From: a bacterium
GTDB lineage: Bacteria; Zhuqueibacterota; Zhuqueibacteria; Residuimicrobiales; Krinioviventaceae
Direction: 5' to 3'
DNA: 64,000 bases
NCBI GenBank assembly: GCA_963674595.2
Contig: CAXXFV010000027.1
Location: 256,001 to 320,000, forward strand
Shown: one piece after another, positions 38,184 to 48,389 of the stretch
Layout of the letters: the number at the start of each line of letters is the position of its first letter
Position numbering within the stretch: the stretch's first letter is position 1
Made by a program: the position numbers and the translations under genes
The notes under the pieces: model-generated
What the model was told of the DNA's origin: nothing
Databases searched by the model: none
The model's input: the letters and a program-made list of their open reading frames with translations, nothing else

Positions 38184-38434
38184 TGACAATCGGGATGATT
38201 TCAGTCATTCCTCTATCTGGTTTAAAAAAATTAAATCGTGACATGAATCACCGTTAAACACATAAAATCACAGTATTATAAAGTGTAAATATCTGAAACA
38301 CTCTTTCAACATAGTACAACAATTGAATATGAGCTAAAAGATATTCATTGTAAATAAAGGACTTACAACAACAAAACATGGCATTATTTTTGTGAAATTT
38401 AATCAAAAATATAATGCCGGTATCGGAGGTTAAC

Positions 38435-39607
38435 ATGAAGATATTTTCACGAATATATACAAGCATTTTAACGGTGCTAGTGCTTCTGACACCACTTTCA
38501 GCCCAAACTGATGTGTCGATTACAGCACAATTAACAAATCCTGATATAAAAATGTTTATGATCAGTGATTTTAATTTTACCGGTAAAAGCACAATCACAT
38601 CTGAAGTATTTCAAATAACGATTTTAAATAATAATCCAACACAGGCACAACAATGTGTCTTAAAGCTGTCAATACGTTCCGAAAATGAAGGCGAATTGGC
38701 GTCCGGAATTACCAACCCATTTACTCTTGAACCGCTTGAATCAATTATAGTAACAAACAGAAATTTATTCACCAAAGTCGATGAACGGTTTACTCTTGAA
38801 GATTATAACATTGAAGAGTCCGGGTCGGAACTTGTGGACAAAATACTGGCTACCGGCAAGCTGCCTTCAGACAGGTATTTTTTTGAATTTAACCTGACAT
38901 TTGGGGCAAATATTAACCAGATGCCGTTATACGATACACATGCCCAGGTCAGCATTGATGTTACAAATCCTACGATAATTGATTTGATTTTACCCGGTTC
39001 CACACCAGAAGACCTGACTTCAATTTATACCACCCTCCCGCTTTTTCGCTGGGAATCAAACATGGACCGGTTCCGTCTCGTTGTGGCTGAATATTTACCA
39101 GACCAACATACCGGTGCCAGCCCTGAACAAATTATAAATGACCGTATTTTATTGCAGGTAGATTTAAAACTGGACACATCACCAGGCGCCGTACCCGGGA
39201 CTTTGACGGATGAGAATGAAACTATCATTACATCTACAAATTACCAATATCCGTCTGCCGGTGTTTTGCCGTTACAGGAAGGTCATACCTACTACTGGCA
39301 GGTTATAGGAACAGTTATCACCTCAGGATCGCCTGTAGAGTTACCCAGTGAAATATGGGCGTTTCAGATTAAGGGCGGAGGAGATGTTATCCTCGATCCT
39401 GAAATTCAACAACTTTTAGACGAATTAAACATAACCCTCAGCGATATGATGGAGCAATTAATGGGCGCTGAAGGCGAATTATTCGGTTTTAGTCCGACAG
39501 GAGCAGTTCTATTGAACGGAAGCACATTAACGGTTGCTCAACTTAAGGAGATACTGTTAAAAATACGAAACGGAGAATACAGTATCATAAGCTCAGAAGT
39601 ACGATAG
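38435..39607 (+). CDS. secreted hypothetical protein (Ig/FN3-like regions)
   Basis: GGAGG at 38425-38429 before ATG 38435; signal peptide ending LSA-Q; PLFRW and LQEGHTYYWQV FN3-like motifs. Confidence 0.75.
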   Translation: MKIFSRIYTSILTVLVLLTPLSAQTDVSITAQLTNPDIKMFMISDFNFTGKSTITSEVFQITILNNNPTQAQQCVLKLSIRSENEGELASGITNPFTLEPLESIIVTNRNLFTKVDERFTLEDYNIEESGSELVDKILATGKLPSDRYFFEFNLTFGANINQMPLYDTHAQVSIDVTNPTIIDLILPGSTPEDLTSIYTTLPLFRWESNMDRFRLVVAEYLPDQHTGASPEQIINDRILLQVDLKLDTSPGAVPGTLTDENETIITSTNYQYPSAGVLPLQEGHTYYWQVIGTVITSGSPVELPSEIWAFQIKGGGDVILDPEIQQLLDELNITLSDMMEQLMGAEGELFGFSPTGAVLLNGSTLTVAQLKEILLKIRNGEYSIISSEVR

Positions 39608-39642
39608 AACAAACCTATAACTAAAAAAGAAAGGCTAAAGCC

Positions 39643-40326
39643 ATGTTTAAAATAAAATTTAAAAGTCTTATAGTGTTTCTTGCTATATTTATATTGAGCA
39701 CACAAACAGCAACAACCGCATCCAGAGATATTGCTCTGGTTTTAAAAATAAAAGGTGATGCTGAAATAAAATCAACAGCACACGACTGGTTATCCTTAAA
39801 ACGAGGCAGACGTTTACAAAGCGGCGATAAAATTCGTACGGGGCAAAATTCCATGGTTGCTCTTGTTTTTAATGATGATAAAAGTATGATGAAAATACGT
39901 TCGGATTCTGAAGTCACCATAAAAGGCGAGCGTAAAAAAAGAGGCATAGCCAAAAAACTTTTCATGAACCTTGGCGGCTTATGGGCAAAAGTGACACCCA
40001 AGGGTGCTGGTTTTACCTTGGAAACCCCATCCGGAGTTGCCGCTGTTAAAGGAACAGAGTTTTATGGTTTGTTGGATTCCGATGGCGTTTTTACTATTAT
40101 CGGCATTACCGGTATTGTGGAATTGTTTAATGAACTCGGCACAATACTGGTAGAAAAAGGTATGACAGGGACTTCGCCCAAAGGTCAGGAACCATCTTTA
40201 TCAGGAACAGATAGCTTTGACGATTGGGCAAATCAAAACCTGGATGAAAATGAGCTTAATATAGAATTTGAGAACGCAGACGGTTCAAAAAAGCAACTTT
40301 ATATAAAATATCGTAAAGAAGAATAA
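39643..40326 (+). CDS. FecR domain protein with a signal peptide
   Basis: LQSGDKIRTG, LFMNLGGLW, ETPSGVAAVKGTEF; no cytoplasmic anti-sigma segment before the signal. Confidence 0.88.
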   Translation: MFKIKFKSLIVFLAIFILSTQTATTASRDIALVLKIKGDAEIKSTAHDWLSLKRGRRLQSGDKIRTGQNSMVALVFNDDKSMMKIRSDSEVTIKGERKKRGIAKKLFMNLGGLWAKVTPKGAGFTLETPSGVAAVKGTEFYGLLDSDGVFTIIGITGIVELFNELGTILVEKGMTGTSPKGQEPSLSGTDSFDDWANQNLDENELNIEFENADGSKKQLYIKYRKEE

Positions 40327-40337
40327 TGGAGTTTTAA

Positions 40338-42881
40338 ATGAGACTTCAGGCAACATTTGGGTCAGGCAGCTTGATATTTATTTTTTGTTTTCTATTTTTG
40401 GTAAATTTTGTGCCCGCTGCACATGCACAGGGAAATATTGTGCATTTTCCTGTCAATTCAGCCATACAGGGTGAAGATATTTTCATAGAAGCAAAGGTTG
40501 AAGGTACATCAGCACGTGTATTATTTATCAAAGTTTATTACAAACTCTCTGAAGAAGAGTCCTTCCGTGAAGCGGACCTCACACCGGATATTAATCGCTG
40601 GGTTGGTGCTATTCCCGGTAGCCATGTTCAGGGAGAAAGGATGTTTTATTTTATTTCAGCCTTACTGGATAATCAGAGTATTATAACATATCCTGCTTAT
40701 AATCCATATAATGAACCGGTTGAAATAATATTAACGCCTCCTGCCGTAACAGAACGAGATACAACAAAAACACAAGAACAGTTTGATCTTTTTGTGCCGG
40801 ATGATTCGATAGATACCTTTGTACCGGAATCAACCGTACCATCATCAAAAGAGACATCTTCCCAATCACCTATTTTTGTGATATCACCGGAAAAGAATGA
40901 GAACCTTGTTTCGGAAGAGGTTTATTTTGCAGCTTCGTTTGAAGGCACTTCGATACAAGTTGATTCAAGCACGGTTCAAATCTTTTTGGACGGACGAAAT
41001 GTAACGCCACGTTCAGAAATTTCCCAATTTATGGCGACTTTTGAACCGGCGAAACTTCCTCCAGGTCCTCACTGGTTTAAAATTGTCGCTAAAGATCAAA
41101 ATGGAAAAATATTACCACCTAATATTATTAATTTTAAAGTAATCGGCGAGCAAAAAGATAAAGTCGTTTCTGAATTCAGAGGGCATGTATTTACAGATTT
41201 CCGTCAGGAAAATATAAGTGATAACAACGAATCCCTGACAATGGCAGGCGGAGACATTACCGGTCGATATGGTGCATTGCAATATGATGCCGGTGTCTTT
41301 TTAACCTCCCTGGAAGATAAAAAATATCAACCAAGAAACAGATTTCATTTTTCCTTAAATACAAAAATTCTGGGAATGACGGCAGGTGATGTATACCCGC
41401 GATATAATGATCTCATACTTTACGGCAAACGGGTACGAGGATTTTCCGGTTATCTTAAATTGGGATTTTTTAATTTGGAAACAACCATCGGTGCCACGAA
41501 CCGGTCTGTTTCCAGCAGTTATGTTCCGGCAACGGATTCTACATCCATGGCTATAACAAAATACGGCACGTTTCAGCAGAATTTGTTTGCCATCCGCCCC
41601 AGTTTTGGCAGCGGTCGAAATTTTCAACTGGGTTTTAGTCTGGTTAAAGTAAAAGATGACACCGGTTCCATAAAATACGGAAGCATGCCGAAAGACAATT
41701 TGGTCCTTGGGCCGGATCTAAAAATTTCATTTGACCGTGGAAGATTTGTATTTTATGCCGACGGCGCTTTTAGTATGCTGACAAATAACATTTATCCCGG
41801 CAGCCTGACTGAAGAAGAAATTGAAGAAGCATTTGATAAAGACGTTGATTTACCGTTTGATCCAAAAGATTTTGAAAAATATCTTATTATTAACGACAGC
41901 ACAGTTCCTCTTGATCCGACAGATAAAACATCCATGGCCTACCATTTAAGATTAAAGTTGAACTATTTTCGCAATCTGTTCCGAATCGGTTACAAATCTA
42001 TTGGTGCAGAATATTCATCACTGGCCAATTATTGGCTGCGGACTGATCTTCGTGGATTTTATTTCTCAGACAGGATGCGTCTGTTTAGAAATAAACTGTA
42101 TTTAACATTAGGTTATGAAGGTTATAAAGACAATTTTTCACAAAATGACAACAATCCCTCAACTGATCTCAAAACAGTAAACTATGCCGTATCCTATTAT
42201 CCCGGTCGCGGGCTCCCCCGAATCAACATCAGTCTGCGTAATTATTACAGGGACAACCAGGTTGATACCTTGAGGGCCGTCCAAAGTTTTGATATTACCG
42301 GAGCACCGGATTCACTTTATTATTATGATTATCGTGAAAAATCCATGAACAAAGACCTTACGTTCCAAATTGGTTATGATATCAATGTGTTTGATGCCGA
42401 CCATTCCATTAACCTGAGTTATATCACTTCTGATAAAAAGGATGACTATAACGCTTCAAGAGATGCCAAACAGGAATTATCCTCCAATATGCACATGTTG
42501 TCTTTGGCGACAAAATATAATATCCCCCTGAAAACGACAATCACTTATGCTTCAAATGACAATAGTTATAGTGGCGGTGTGTCAGACTTTGAGTTCTCAA
42601 TTTTTGGATTGGGAGCAGAGTATCGTCATTTTAATAACAAACTTGTCTCATTCGCTGAAATGCGATTTACAAACGCAACCGGCTCAACAATGGGAAGCAG
42701 TGTCCTGGATTATTCCAGAAATCATTTTCGTATTGGCGGATCCTATTATATCAGCCCGCGTCACTATGTAACGTTGGATGTGAATTTTATTAGTTACAAC
42801 GATAAAACCAGTACCACTACAGCAAGTAACTCTTCATACACAGACCAAATAATTAGATTGCGTTACGAAAAGTTTTTCTAA
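40338..42881 (+). CDS. outer membrane beta-barrel protein with N-terminal periplasmic Ig-like domains
   Basis: Signal peptide AHA-Q, alternating beta-strand pattern over the C-terminal ~570 aa, terminal RLRYEKFF BAM-type signal. Confidence 0.75.
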   Translation: MRLQATFGSGSLIFIFCFLFLVNFVPAAHAQGNIVHFPVNSAIQGEDIFIEAKVEGTSARVLFIKVYYKLSEEESFREADLTPDINRWVGAIPGSHVQGERMFYFISALLDNQSIITYPAYNPYNEPVEIILTPPAVTERDTTKTQEQFDLFVPDDSIDTFVPESTVPSSKETSSQSPIFVISPEKNENLVSEEVYFAASFEGTSIQVDSSTVQIFLDGRNVTPRSEISQFMATFEPAKLPPGPHWFKIVAKDQNGKILPPNIINFKVIGEQKDKVVSEFRGHVFTDFRQENISDNNESLTMAGGDITGRYGALQYDAGVFLTSLEDKKYQPRNRFHFSLNTKILGMTAGDVYPRYNDLILYGKRVRGFSGYLKLGFFNLETTIGATNRSVSSSYVPATDSTSMAITKYGTFQQNLFAIRPSFGSGRNFQLGFSLVKVKDDTGSIKYGSMPKDNLVLGPDLKISFDRGRFVFYADGAFSMLTNNIYPGSLTEEEIEEAFDKDVDLPFDPKDFEKYLIINDSTVPLDPTDKTSMAYHLRLKLNYFRNLFRIGYKSIGAEYSSLANYWLRTDLRGFYFSDRMRLFRNKLYLTLGYEGYKDNFSQNDNNPSTDLKTVNYAVSYYPGRGLPRINISLRNYYRDNQVDTLRAVQSFDITGAPDSLYYYDYREKSMNKDLTFQIGYDINVFDADHSINLSYITSDKKDDYNASRDAKQELSSNMHMLSLATKYNIPLKTTITYASNDNSYSGGVSDFEFSIFGLGAEYRHFNNKLVSFAEMRFTNATGSTMGSSVLDYSRNHFRIGGSYYISPRHYVTLDVNFISYNDKTSTTTASNSSYTDQIIRLRYEKFF

Positions 42882-42952
42882 AACCTTAAAAAAACCAGAA
42901 CGAGCATCACTTTTAATTTCGGGTGTCGGGCAAAAGCAGGGCTTGAGCGTTT

Positions 42953-45100
42953 ATGATCAATTTTAAAAACATTCTAAATTCAAAATCCTCTATATTAATT
43001 TTTATCACATTTTTTTCAATAATATTTGCCTATTTGTTCTCTGCTTTACCCATTATAGAAGATCTGAATTTAAAATCAATTGACGTATTATTTCGATTCA
43101 GAGGGCCTATTTCTCCTCCTGATACATCCATTGTAATCGTCGGTATTGATGACCAGACACTGGCAAGTCTTCCCAATAAATACCCCTACCCTACCAGTTA
43201 TTATGCAAAACTGGTAAATAATTTAATGGAAGCCGGGGCAAAGCTTATTGTTTTTGACATCGAGTTTAGTGAATCCAGTCAAAATCCAGCACTGACTGAA
43301 ACAGATGAAAATTCAGAAATTAACAGTGATTTGTATTTTGCCAAAGCGGTGACGGATGCTCAAAATGTTGTTCTTGCCACCAAAGTTGTCTTTGATTATG
43401 GAAGTCACGGAACTGAGAATTTCTATATCCTCCCCCTTTTGGCGCCATTGATGCGCAGTCCTGCTACACGTGGGCTTGTAAATGTTTTTGAAGATTCCGA
43501 CGGCTTCCTGCGCCGGTATATGTTGTTCCAACAGATTCAAAATAATTTCTATTACCCGCTTGCTATTGAGGCTTATAAAAAGCTGGAAAAAATTGAAATT
43601 GATCCTGATCAGGATTTGGCGGCAGACACGTTTATTCTGGGCTCTTTAAGAATTCCCAAAAAGACATTTAATTCCACCTATATCAACTTTAGAGGACCTG
43701 CGGAAACCTTTAACACCTATTCAATGGCAAGTGTTATTGACGATGAAAAATTTGATTTGATGGGTGATGAAGATACAGATATATTTGAAATGCATAAAGA
43801 ATGGGGAACATTTAAAGACAAAATCGTATTTGTCGGCGCCACTGCCGAAGAAATGCAGGATAACAAACTGACGCCTTTTTATGAGTATGAAGGCCGAAAA
43901 CAAAAAATGCCCGGTGTTGAAATGCATGCCAATGCATTAAGCATGCTTTTACGTGGTGATTTTATTAAAGAACTGAATTCCTGGCTGATTTTTATATTTG
44001 TCGTTTTAATTACGTTTTTGGCAACGTTCATTACCCTATATTCGCGACCCGTCAAAGCATTTCTTTTAATAATAATAATTTTACTGGTTACAATCGCATG
44101 CTTTGCCCTGGTATTTACAAAAATACATCAAATAGCTTTTGTTTCAAAACCTATAATTTCCTTATTTTTAACGTTTTTATCATCGTTAACTTTTAAGGCC
44201 ATTACAGAACAACGGGAGAAACGCCGAATTAAACAAGTTTTTAAACAATATGTTGCCCAAAATGTTGTTGAAAAAATGCTAAGCAGCGGCCAACTCCCTG
44301 AATTTGGCGGAGAACGAAAAACAATAACCATCCTGTTTTCAGACATTCGACGATTTACAACATTTTCAGAATCGCACGATCCGGAAACCGTAGTTTCACG
44401 GTTATCCGAATATTTAACGGAAATGGTCAAAGTGCTGTTTAAATACGACGGTACCCTGGATAAATTTGTCGGTGACGAAATTATGGCCCTTTTTGGTGCG
44501 CCCTATTATTACACAGACCATGCAGAAAGGGCTTGCTATGCTGCCCTGGAAATGGTGGAACAATTGCGACAAATTCAAAAACGCTGGTCCGACAGCAAAC
44601 ATGATATTTTCCATATCGGTATCGGTATTAACACCGGCAAAGTCATCGTAGGGAATTTGGGTTCAAACCAGTTGTTTGATTATACGGCCATCGGAGACGA
44701 AGTGAACCTGGGCGCTCGTTTGGAAGGTACGAATAAAGAATATCAAACCACCATTATTTTAAGCGAAAGTACCTATGATCTTGTTAAAGATAAAGCCAAA
44801 GTCAGAGAACTGGATTTTGTCCGTGTAATGGGTAAAACAAAACCCATACGAATTTATGAATTACGCGGTATGAGTGATTTGTCGCAAATTGAGCAGGATT
44901 ATATTATTGATATATTTAACGAAGGACTACAGTTTTATCGCGACAGGTGCTGGTCCGATGCATTAAAATCATTTCGACGCGTGTTGCGATATTTCCCTTC
45001 AGACGGCCCATCGCGAGTGTACACCATCCGTTGTCTGGATTATATTGAAAATCCACCTCCACCGGACTGGGACGGCGTTTATGAATTTAAAAAGAAATAA
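42953..45100 (+). CDS. CHASE2-domain class III adenylate cyclase
   Basis: IVIVGIDD, DSDGFLRR and PGVEMHA (CHASE2); 3 TM; FSDIRRFT, DKFVGDEIMA and DYTAIGDEVNLGARLEG with ATP-specifying K and D; TPR-like tail ending WDGVYEFKKK. Confidence 0.93.
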   Translation: MINFKNILNSKSSILIFITFFSIIFAYLFSALPIIEDLNLKSIDVLFRFRGPISPPDTSIVIVGIDDQTLASLPNKYPYPTSYYAKLVNNLMEAGAKLIVFDIEFSESSQNPALTETDENSEINSDLYFAKAVTDAQNVVLATKVVFDYGSHGTENFYILPLLAPLMRSPATRGLVNVFEDSDGFLRRYMLFQQIQNNFYYPLAIEAYKKLEKIEIDPDQDLAADTFILGSLRIPKKTFNSTYINFRGPAETFNTYSMASVIDDEKFDLMGDEDTDIFEMHKEWGTFKDKIVFVGATAEEMQDNKLTPFYEYEGRKQKMPGVEMHANALSMLLRGDFIKELNSWLIFIFVVLITFLATFITLYSRPVKAFLLIIIILLVTIACFALVFTKIHQIAFVSKPIISLFLTFLSSLTFKAITEQREKRRIKQVFKQYVAQNVVEKMLSSGQLPEFGGERKTITILFSDIRRFTTFSESHDPETVVSRLSEYLTEMVKVLFKYDGTLDKFVGDEIMALFGAPYYYTDHAERACYAALEMVEQLRQIQKRWSDSKHDIFHIGIGINTGKVIVGNLGSNQLFDYTAIGDEVNLGARLEGTNKEYQTTIILSESTYDLVKDKAKVRELDFVRVMGKTKPIRIYELRGMSDLSQIEQDYIIDIFNEGLQFYRDRCWSDALKSFRRVLRYFPSDGPSRVYTIRCLDYIENPPPPDWDGVYEFKKK

Positions 45101-45111
45101 GTGAGGTTAAC

Positions 45112-45291
45112 TTGGAAGAGCAAAATACAAATTCCCCAAAAATCAGTGAATACAAAGGAAAACCTGTTTTAACTCTAAATCCGAATGATCGATATCCGTT
45201 TACGTTCGGATTATCGAAAGCAAGGCTGATCATTGAACACCTTGAAACGATAAAAGCCTTTATAAACCAATATGATCATTCGGCAGAGTAA
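45112..45291 (+). CDS. small hypothetical protein, 59 aa, absent from the ORF track
   Basis: GAGGT RBS, TTG start, MEEQNTNSPKISEYKGKPVLTLNPNDRYPFTFGLSKARLIIEHLETIKAFINQYDHSAE; it almost fills the gap between the cyclase and iolG. Confidence 0.75.
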   Translation: MEEQNTNSPKISEYKGKPVLTLNPNDRYPFTFGLSKARLIIEHLETIKAFINQYDHSAE

Positions 45292-45299
45292 ATAAGCAA

Positions 45300-46313
45300 C
45301 TATATTTCGCTTAGGTTGACGATACGGTTTTCCGTTAAAGAAACAGTGGCGGCTGTTGCTATTTGAAGAGCAGCAATACCATCATCAATCTGTACCATCG
45401 GTTCTTTATGGTTAACCAAATTATCCAAATAGTTATTCAACTGGTTTACATAAGCATCACCAAATCGTTCCGGGAAATATGGAACGGCATCATGCGTAAT
45501 ACCTTTTTCATTCATAACATAAATCGGGGTTTCGCGTAAATAGCCAATCTTGACTGTACCTTTTGTACCCAAAACCTCTGCGCGGATATCGTAGCCGTAA
45601 ATCCCATTTCTACTAATATCGATCTCACCGAGATTACCGTTTTCAAAAGTTAAAACGATAATGGCGTTATCCGTGTCGTTAACTTCTTTAACTTCAGGAT
45701 AAGCAAGAACACCGCCAACGGCATATACGGATTTTACTTCACCCATGTACCATCTGGCAACATCAATATCGTGAATGGCCATATCAATAATCTGCCCGCC
45801 ACTATTAACAGGCTTTAAATACTCTAAACTCGGACGGTATGGATCACGGGAAGAACCGCGGAACATACAGGTATCGCCGATTGTGCCATCAACAATTTTT
45901 TTCTTGCCGGCGGCAAAACCTTTGTCAAAGCGTCTCTGAAAACCCATTTGAAAAAATACACCAGTCTTATCTACCACAGACTTTACTTCACGTGCTTCTT
46001 CCAGTTTTAATGTCATTGGTTTTTCGCAAAAAACAGACTTTTTTGCGTCAGCCGCATCAATCATAATTTCTTTATGATTAATGGTTGTTGCGGTAATGAT
46101 AACAGCTTCAACATTCGGATCATTATTTAAATCATGATGATTATCATACCATGTTGGCACATCATATTCTTCTGCAATTTTTTTTGCGCGTTCCGGAATT
46201 AAATCTGCAACGGCAACCAGATTTGCATGTGGAACGCGATAGGAAATAAACTCTGCATACATACTTCCCAAACGTCCGTTTCCAATTAAACCGACATTGA
46301 TTTTCTTTTTCAT
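45300..46313 (-). CDS. iolG: inositol 2-dehydrogenase-like Gfo/Idh/MocA oxidoreductase
   Basis: GLIGNGRLG, CEKP, GFQRRFD, SRDP, DMAIHDID, YGYDIRAEV. Confidence 0.75.
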   Translation of the reverse strand: MKKKINVGLIGNGRLGSMYAEFISYRVPHANLVAVADLIPERAKKIAEEYDVPTWYDNHHDLNNDPNVEAVIITATTINHKEIMIDAADAKKSVFCEKPMTLKLEEAREVKSVVDKTGVFFQMGFQRRFDKGFAAGKKKIVDGTIGDTCMFRGSSRDPYRPSLEYLKPVNSGGQIIDMAIHDIDVARWYMGEVKSVYAVGGVLAYPEVKEVNDTDNAIIVLTFENGNLGEIDISRNGIYGYDIRAEVLGTKGTVKIGYLRETPIYVMNEKGITHDAVPYFPERFGDAYVNQLNNYLDNLVNHKEPMVQIDDGIAALQIATAATVSLTENRIVNLSEI

Positions 46314-46342
46314 CTCTACTCCTTTTACTTATTGTTTATATA

Positions 46343-46957
46343 TTACTTAATATTAATACGCAATTCTTTCAACCGGTTTGTTACCTGTGTTGAATTTTCG
46401 AAAAATATACCGGTAATTCCCACATTATTTGCCGTATCAACATTTTCTTTTCTGTCATCTATAAACACTGATTCTTCAGGTGTTACATTCATTTCTTCAA
46501 GTGCTATTTCGTAAATCCTCCTGTTTGGTTTAATAACATGATGGTAACATGATATAATAATATGATCAAATATATTATCAAAGCCATATTTTTGCCGACG
46601 ATGATTGGACATTTCCACGGAATCGTTTGAAAGAATGGCAATTTTGTAGCCGCTTTCCTTCAACTTGTTAACAATATCCAGTCCCCCATCTACTTTTTTC
46701 ATATAGGGTTCCAAATCGATATCATCATCATCCGCTGTAATATCAACTGTTTTTAATAATAATTTCCAAAAGTCAGGATCACTTAATTCACCGGCATCCG
46801 CTTTTGGCCGAAGATTTTTTTTGGCCTCAAATAACAGTGATTCCTCTACCGAATATTTTGCGGCCAAATCTTTAATTTTCCAATCGATAAAATCTATAAG
46901 CAAAACACCACCGACATCAAAAAATATAGTTGTAATTTCTCTCGTATTTCCTTTCAT
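46343..46957 (-). CDS. HAD family phosphatase (YihX-like)
   Basis: FFDVGGVL, LSN, KP, FIDD. Confidence 0.88.
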   Translation of the reverse strand: MKGNTREITTIFFDVGGVLLIDFIDWKIKDLAAKYSVEESLLFEAKKNLRPKADAGELSDPDFWKLLLKTVDITADDDDIDLEPYMKKVDGGLDIVNKLKESGYKIAILSNDSVEMSNHRRQKYGFDNIFDHIIISCYHHVIKPNRRIYEIALEEMNVTPEESVFIDDRKENVDTANNVGITGIFFENSTQVTNRLKELRINIK

Positions 46958-46978
46958 TCACAGGCTCCGTTCCAATTT

Positions 46979-48301
46979 TTAATAACTTGTCTTTGTAGAT
47001 TTTTTCAAAACTAGTGGTAATAATATAATAAATGCAAGGAGTGCACTTGCTACCCAAAACATAAATGTATCATTCCATCCCCAATGGTCGCTGATATAAC
47101 CGCTAAAAATAGATGTTAAAAACGTTCCCAAATAACTCATGGCACCGGTCAGTCCTACGGCAGAAGCAACCGCTCTTCGTGGTACGAGTGCCAGGGGTCC
47201 CAGCCCCGTCGTTACCATTTGCGCCCCGTAAATAAAAAATCCGGCAACACCAAAAGCAACGCCATCCCAAATTCCGGCGTTTTTCGGTAAAAAATAAATA
47301 AAAATTATAGCACCAACCATACCAATTATATAAATCAACGCAACGGCCAGGTTTTTCCTGGGAAAAAATTTGTCAGCAATAAAGCCGGCCAGTATCGTTC
47401 CGGGAATACCCATCAATTCCAGAAAACTGGATTTAATCCCTCCGGAAGTAATGGAGATGTGTTTTACTTCGGTTAAATAGGTAACACCCCAGTCACCAAG
47501 GCCGTATCGAACCATATAAATAAGCATACATGAAAACGCCAGCAACCAAATTCTGGGGTTTTTTAGAACATAGTTTCGGAATAATTCATTGGCCGATTCA
47601 TTCGTATCCATAACAGTTTCTTTAACAACATCACCGTGATATACCTGGATCGGTGGTAAACCAACTGTTTCCGGTCGGTCCTGCATTTTCCAGGCAACAT
47701 ATAATGCACCTAATACACAAAATCCGGCCGGCAGGAAAAATCCGAAACGCCATCCCATTCTTTCAACAATAAATCCACCAAGGAACAAAATGGTAAAGGA
47801 ACCGATATTATGGCAGGTATTCCAAATGCTGTAATATCGTCCTCTTTCTTTTGAACTGAACCAGTTTGCCATGGTTTTGGGGCCTATAGGACTTCCCATG
47901 GATTGAAAATATCCGTTCATTATCCAAAATATACCAAAAAACAGAATGCTTGAACTCAGTCCGAAAAAGATAGATACGATTGAAGCGCCCAAAAGGCCAA
48001 AGGCCATAAAATATCTTGGATTAGATCGATCACATAGCGGTCCGTTTATCAATTTCGCCAACGCATAGGTTGCACTAAACAACGATAAAACAACACCCAT
48101 TTGTGTTTTGCTCAGGTTTAACGAATCCATCATTGCCGGTAAAGCAATAGATAAATTTTTCCGAATCAGATAGAAAAAAGCATATCCCAAATAAACGGAT
48201 ATAAAAACCTGAATTCTAAATTTTCGATAACTAGAGGCAACCTGCTCTTCCGGCAACGGTTCAGCAGCCGGTGCCGTTTTGATGTAATCCAAGAGTCGCA
48301 T
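46979..48301 (-). CDS. MFS organophosphate:phosphate antiporter (GlpT/UhpT/UhpC family)
   Basis: GYAFFYLIRKN, DRSNPR, WFSSKERG, WNTCHNIG, YMVRYG, FFIYG. Confidence 0.9.
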   Translation of the reverse strand: MRLLDYIKTAPAAEPLPEEQVASSYRKFRIQVFISVYLGYAFFYLIRKNLSIALPAMMDSLNLSKTQMGVVLSLFSATYALAKLINGPLCDRSNPRYFMAFGLLGASIVSIFFGLSSSILFFGIFWIMNGYFQSMGSPIGPKTMANWFSSKERGRYYSIWNTCHNIGSFTILFLGGFIVERMGWRFGFFLPAGFCVLGALYVAWKMQDRPETVGLPPIQVYHGDVVKETVMDTNESANELFRNYVLKNPRIWLLAFSCMLIYMVRYGLGDWGVTYLTEVKHISITSGGIKSSFLELMGIPGTILAGFIADKFFPRKNLAVALIYIIGMVGAIIFIYFLPKNAGIWDGVAFGVAGFFIYGAQMVTTGLGPLALVPRRAVASAVGLTGAMSYLGTFLTSIFSGYISDHWGWNDTFMFWVASALLAFIILLPLVLKKSTKTSY

Positions 48302-48389
48302 TAAAATAACACCTTCCTTTTTAAATTAACCAAAAGCAGAGATTTTTTTGGTTTTTAATATACAAAATGATTTGTATGCTGATATCTTT

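Noticed and set aside
38390-38407. Rex-type operator starting TTGTGAA
   Set aside because: Only the left half matches; the right half lacks TTCACAA at the required spacing.
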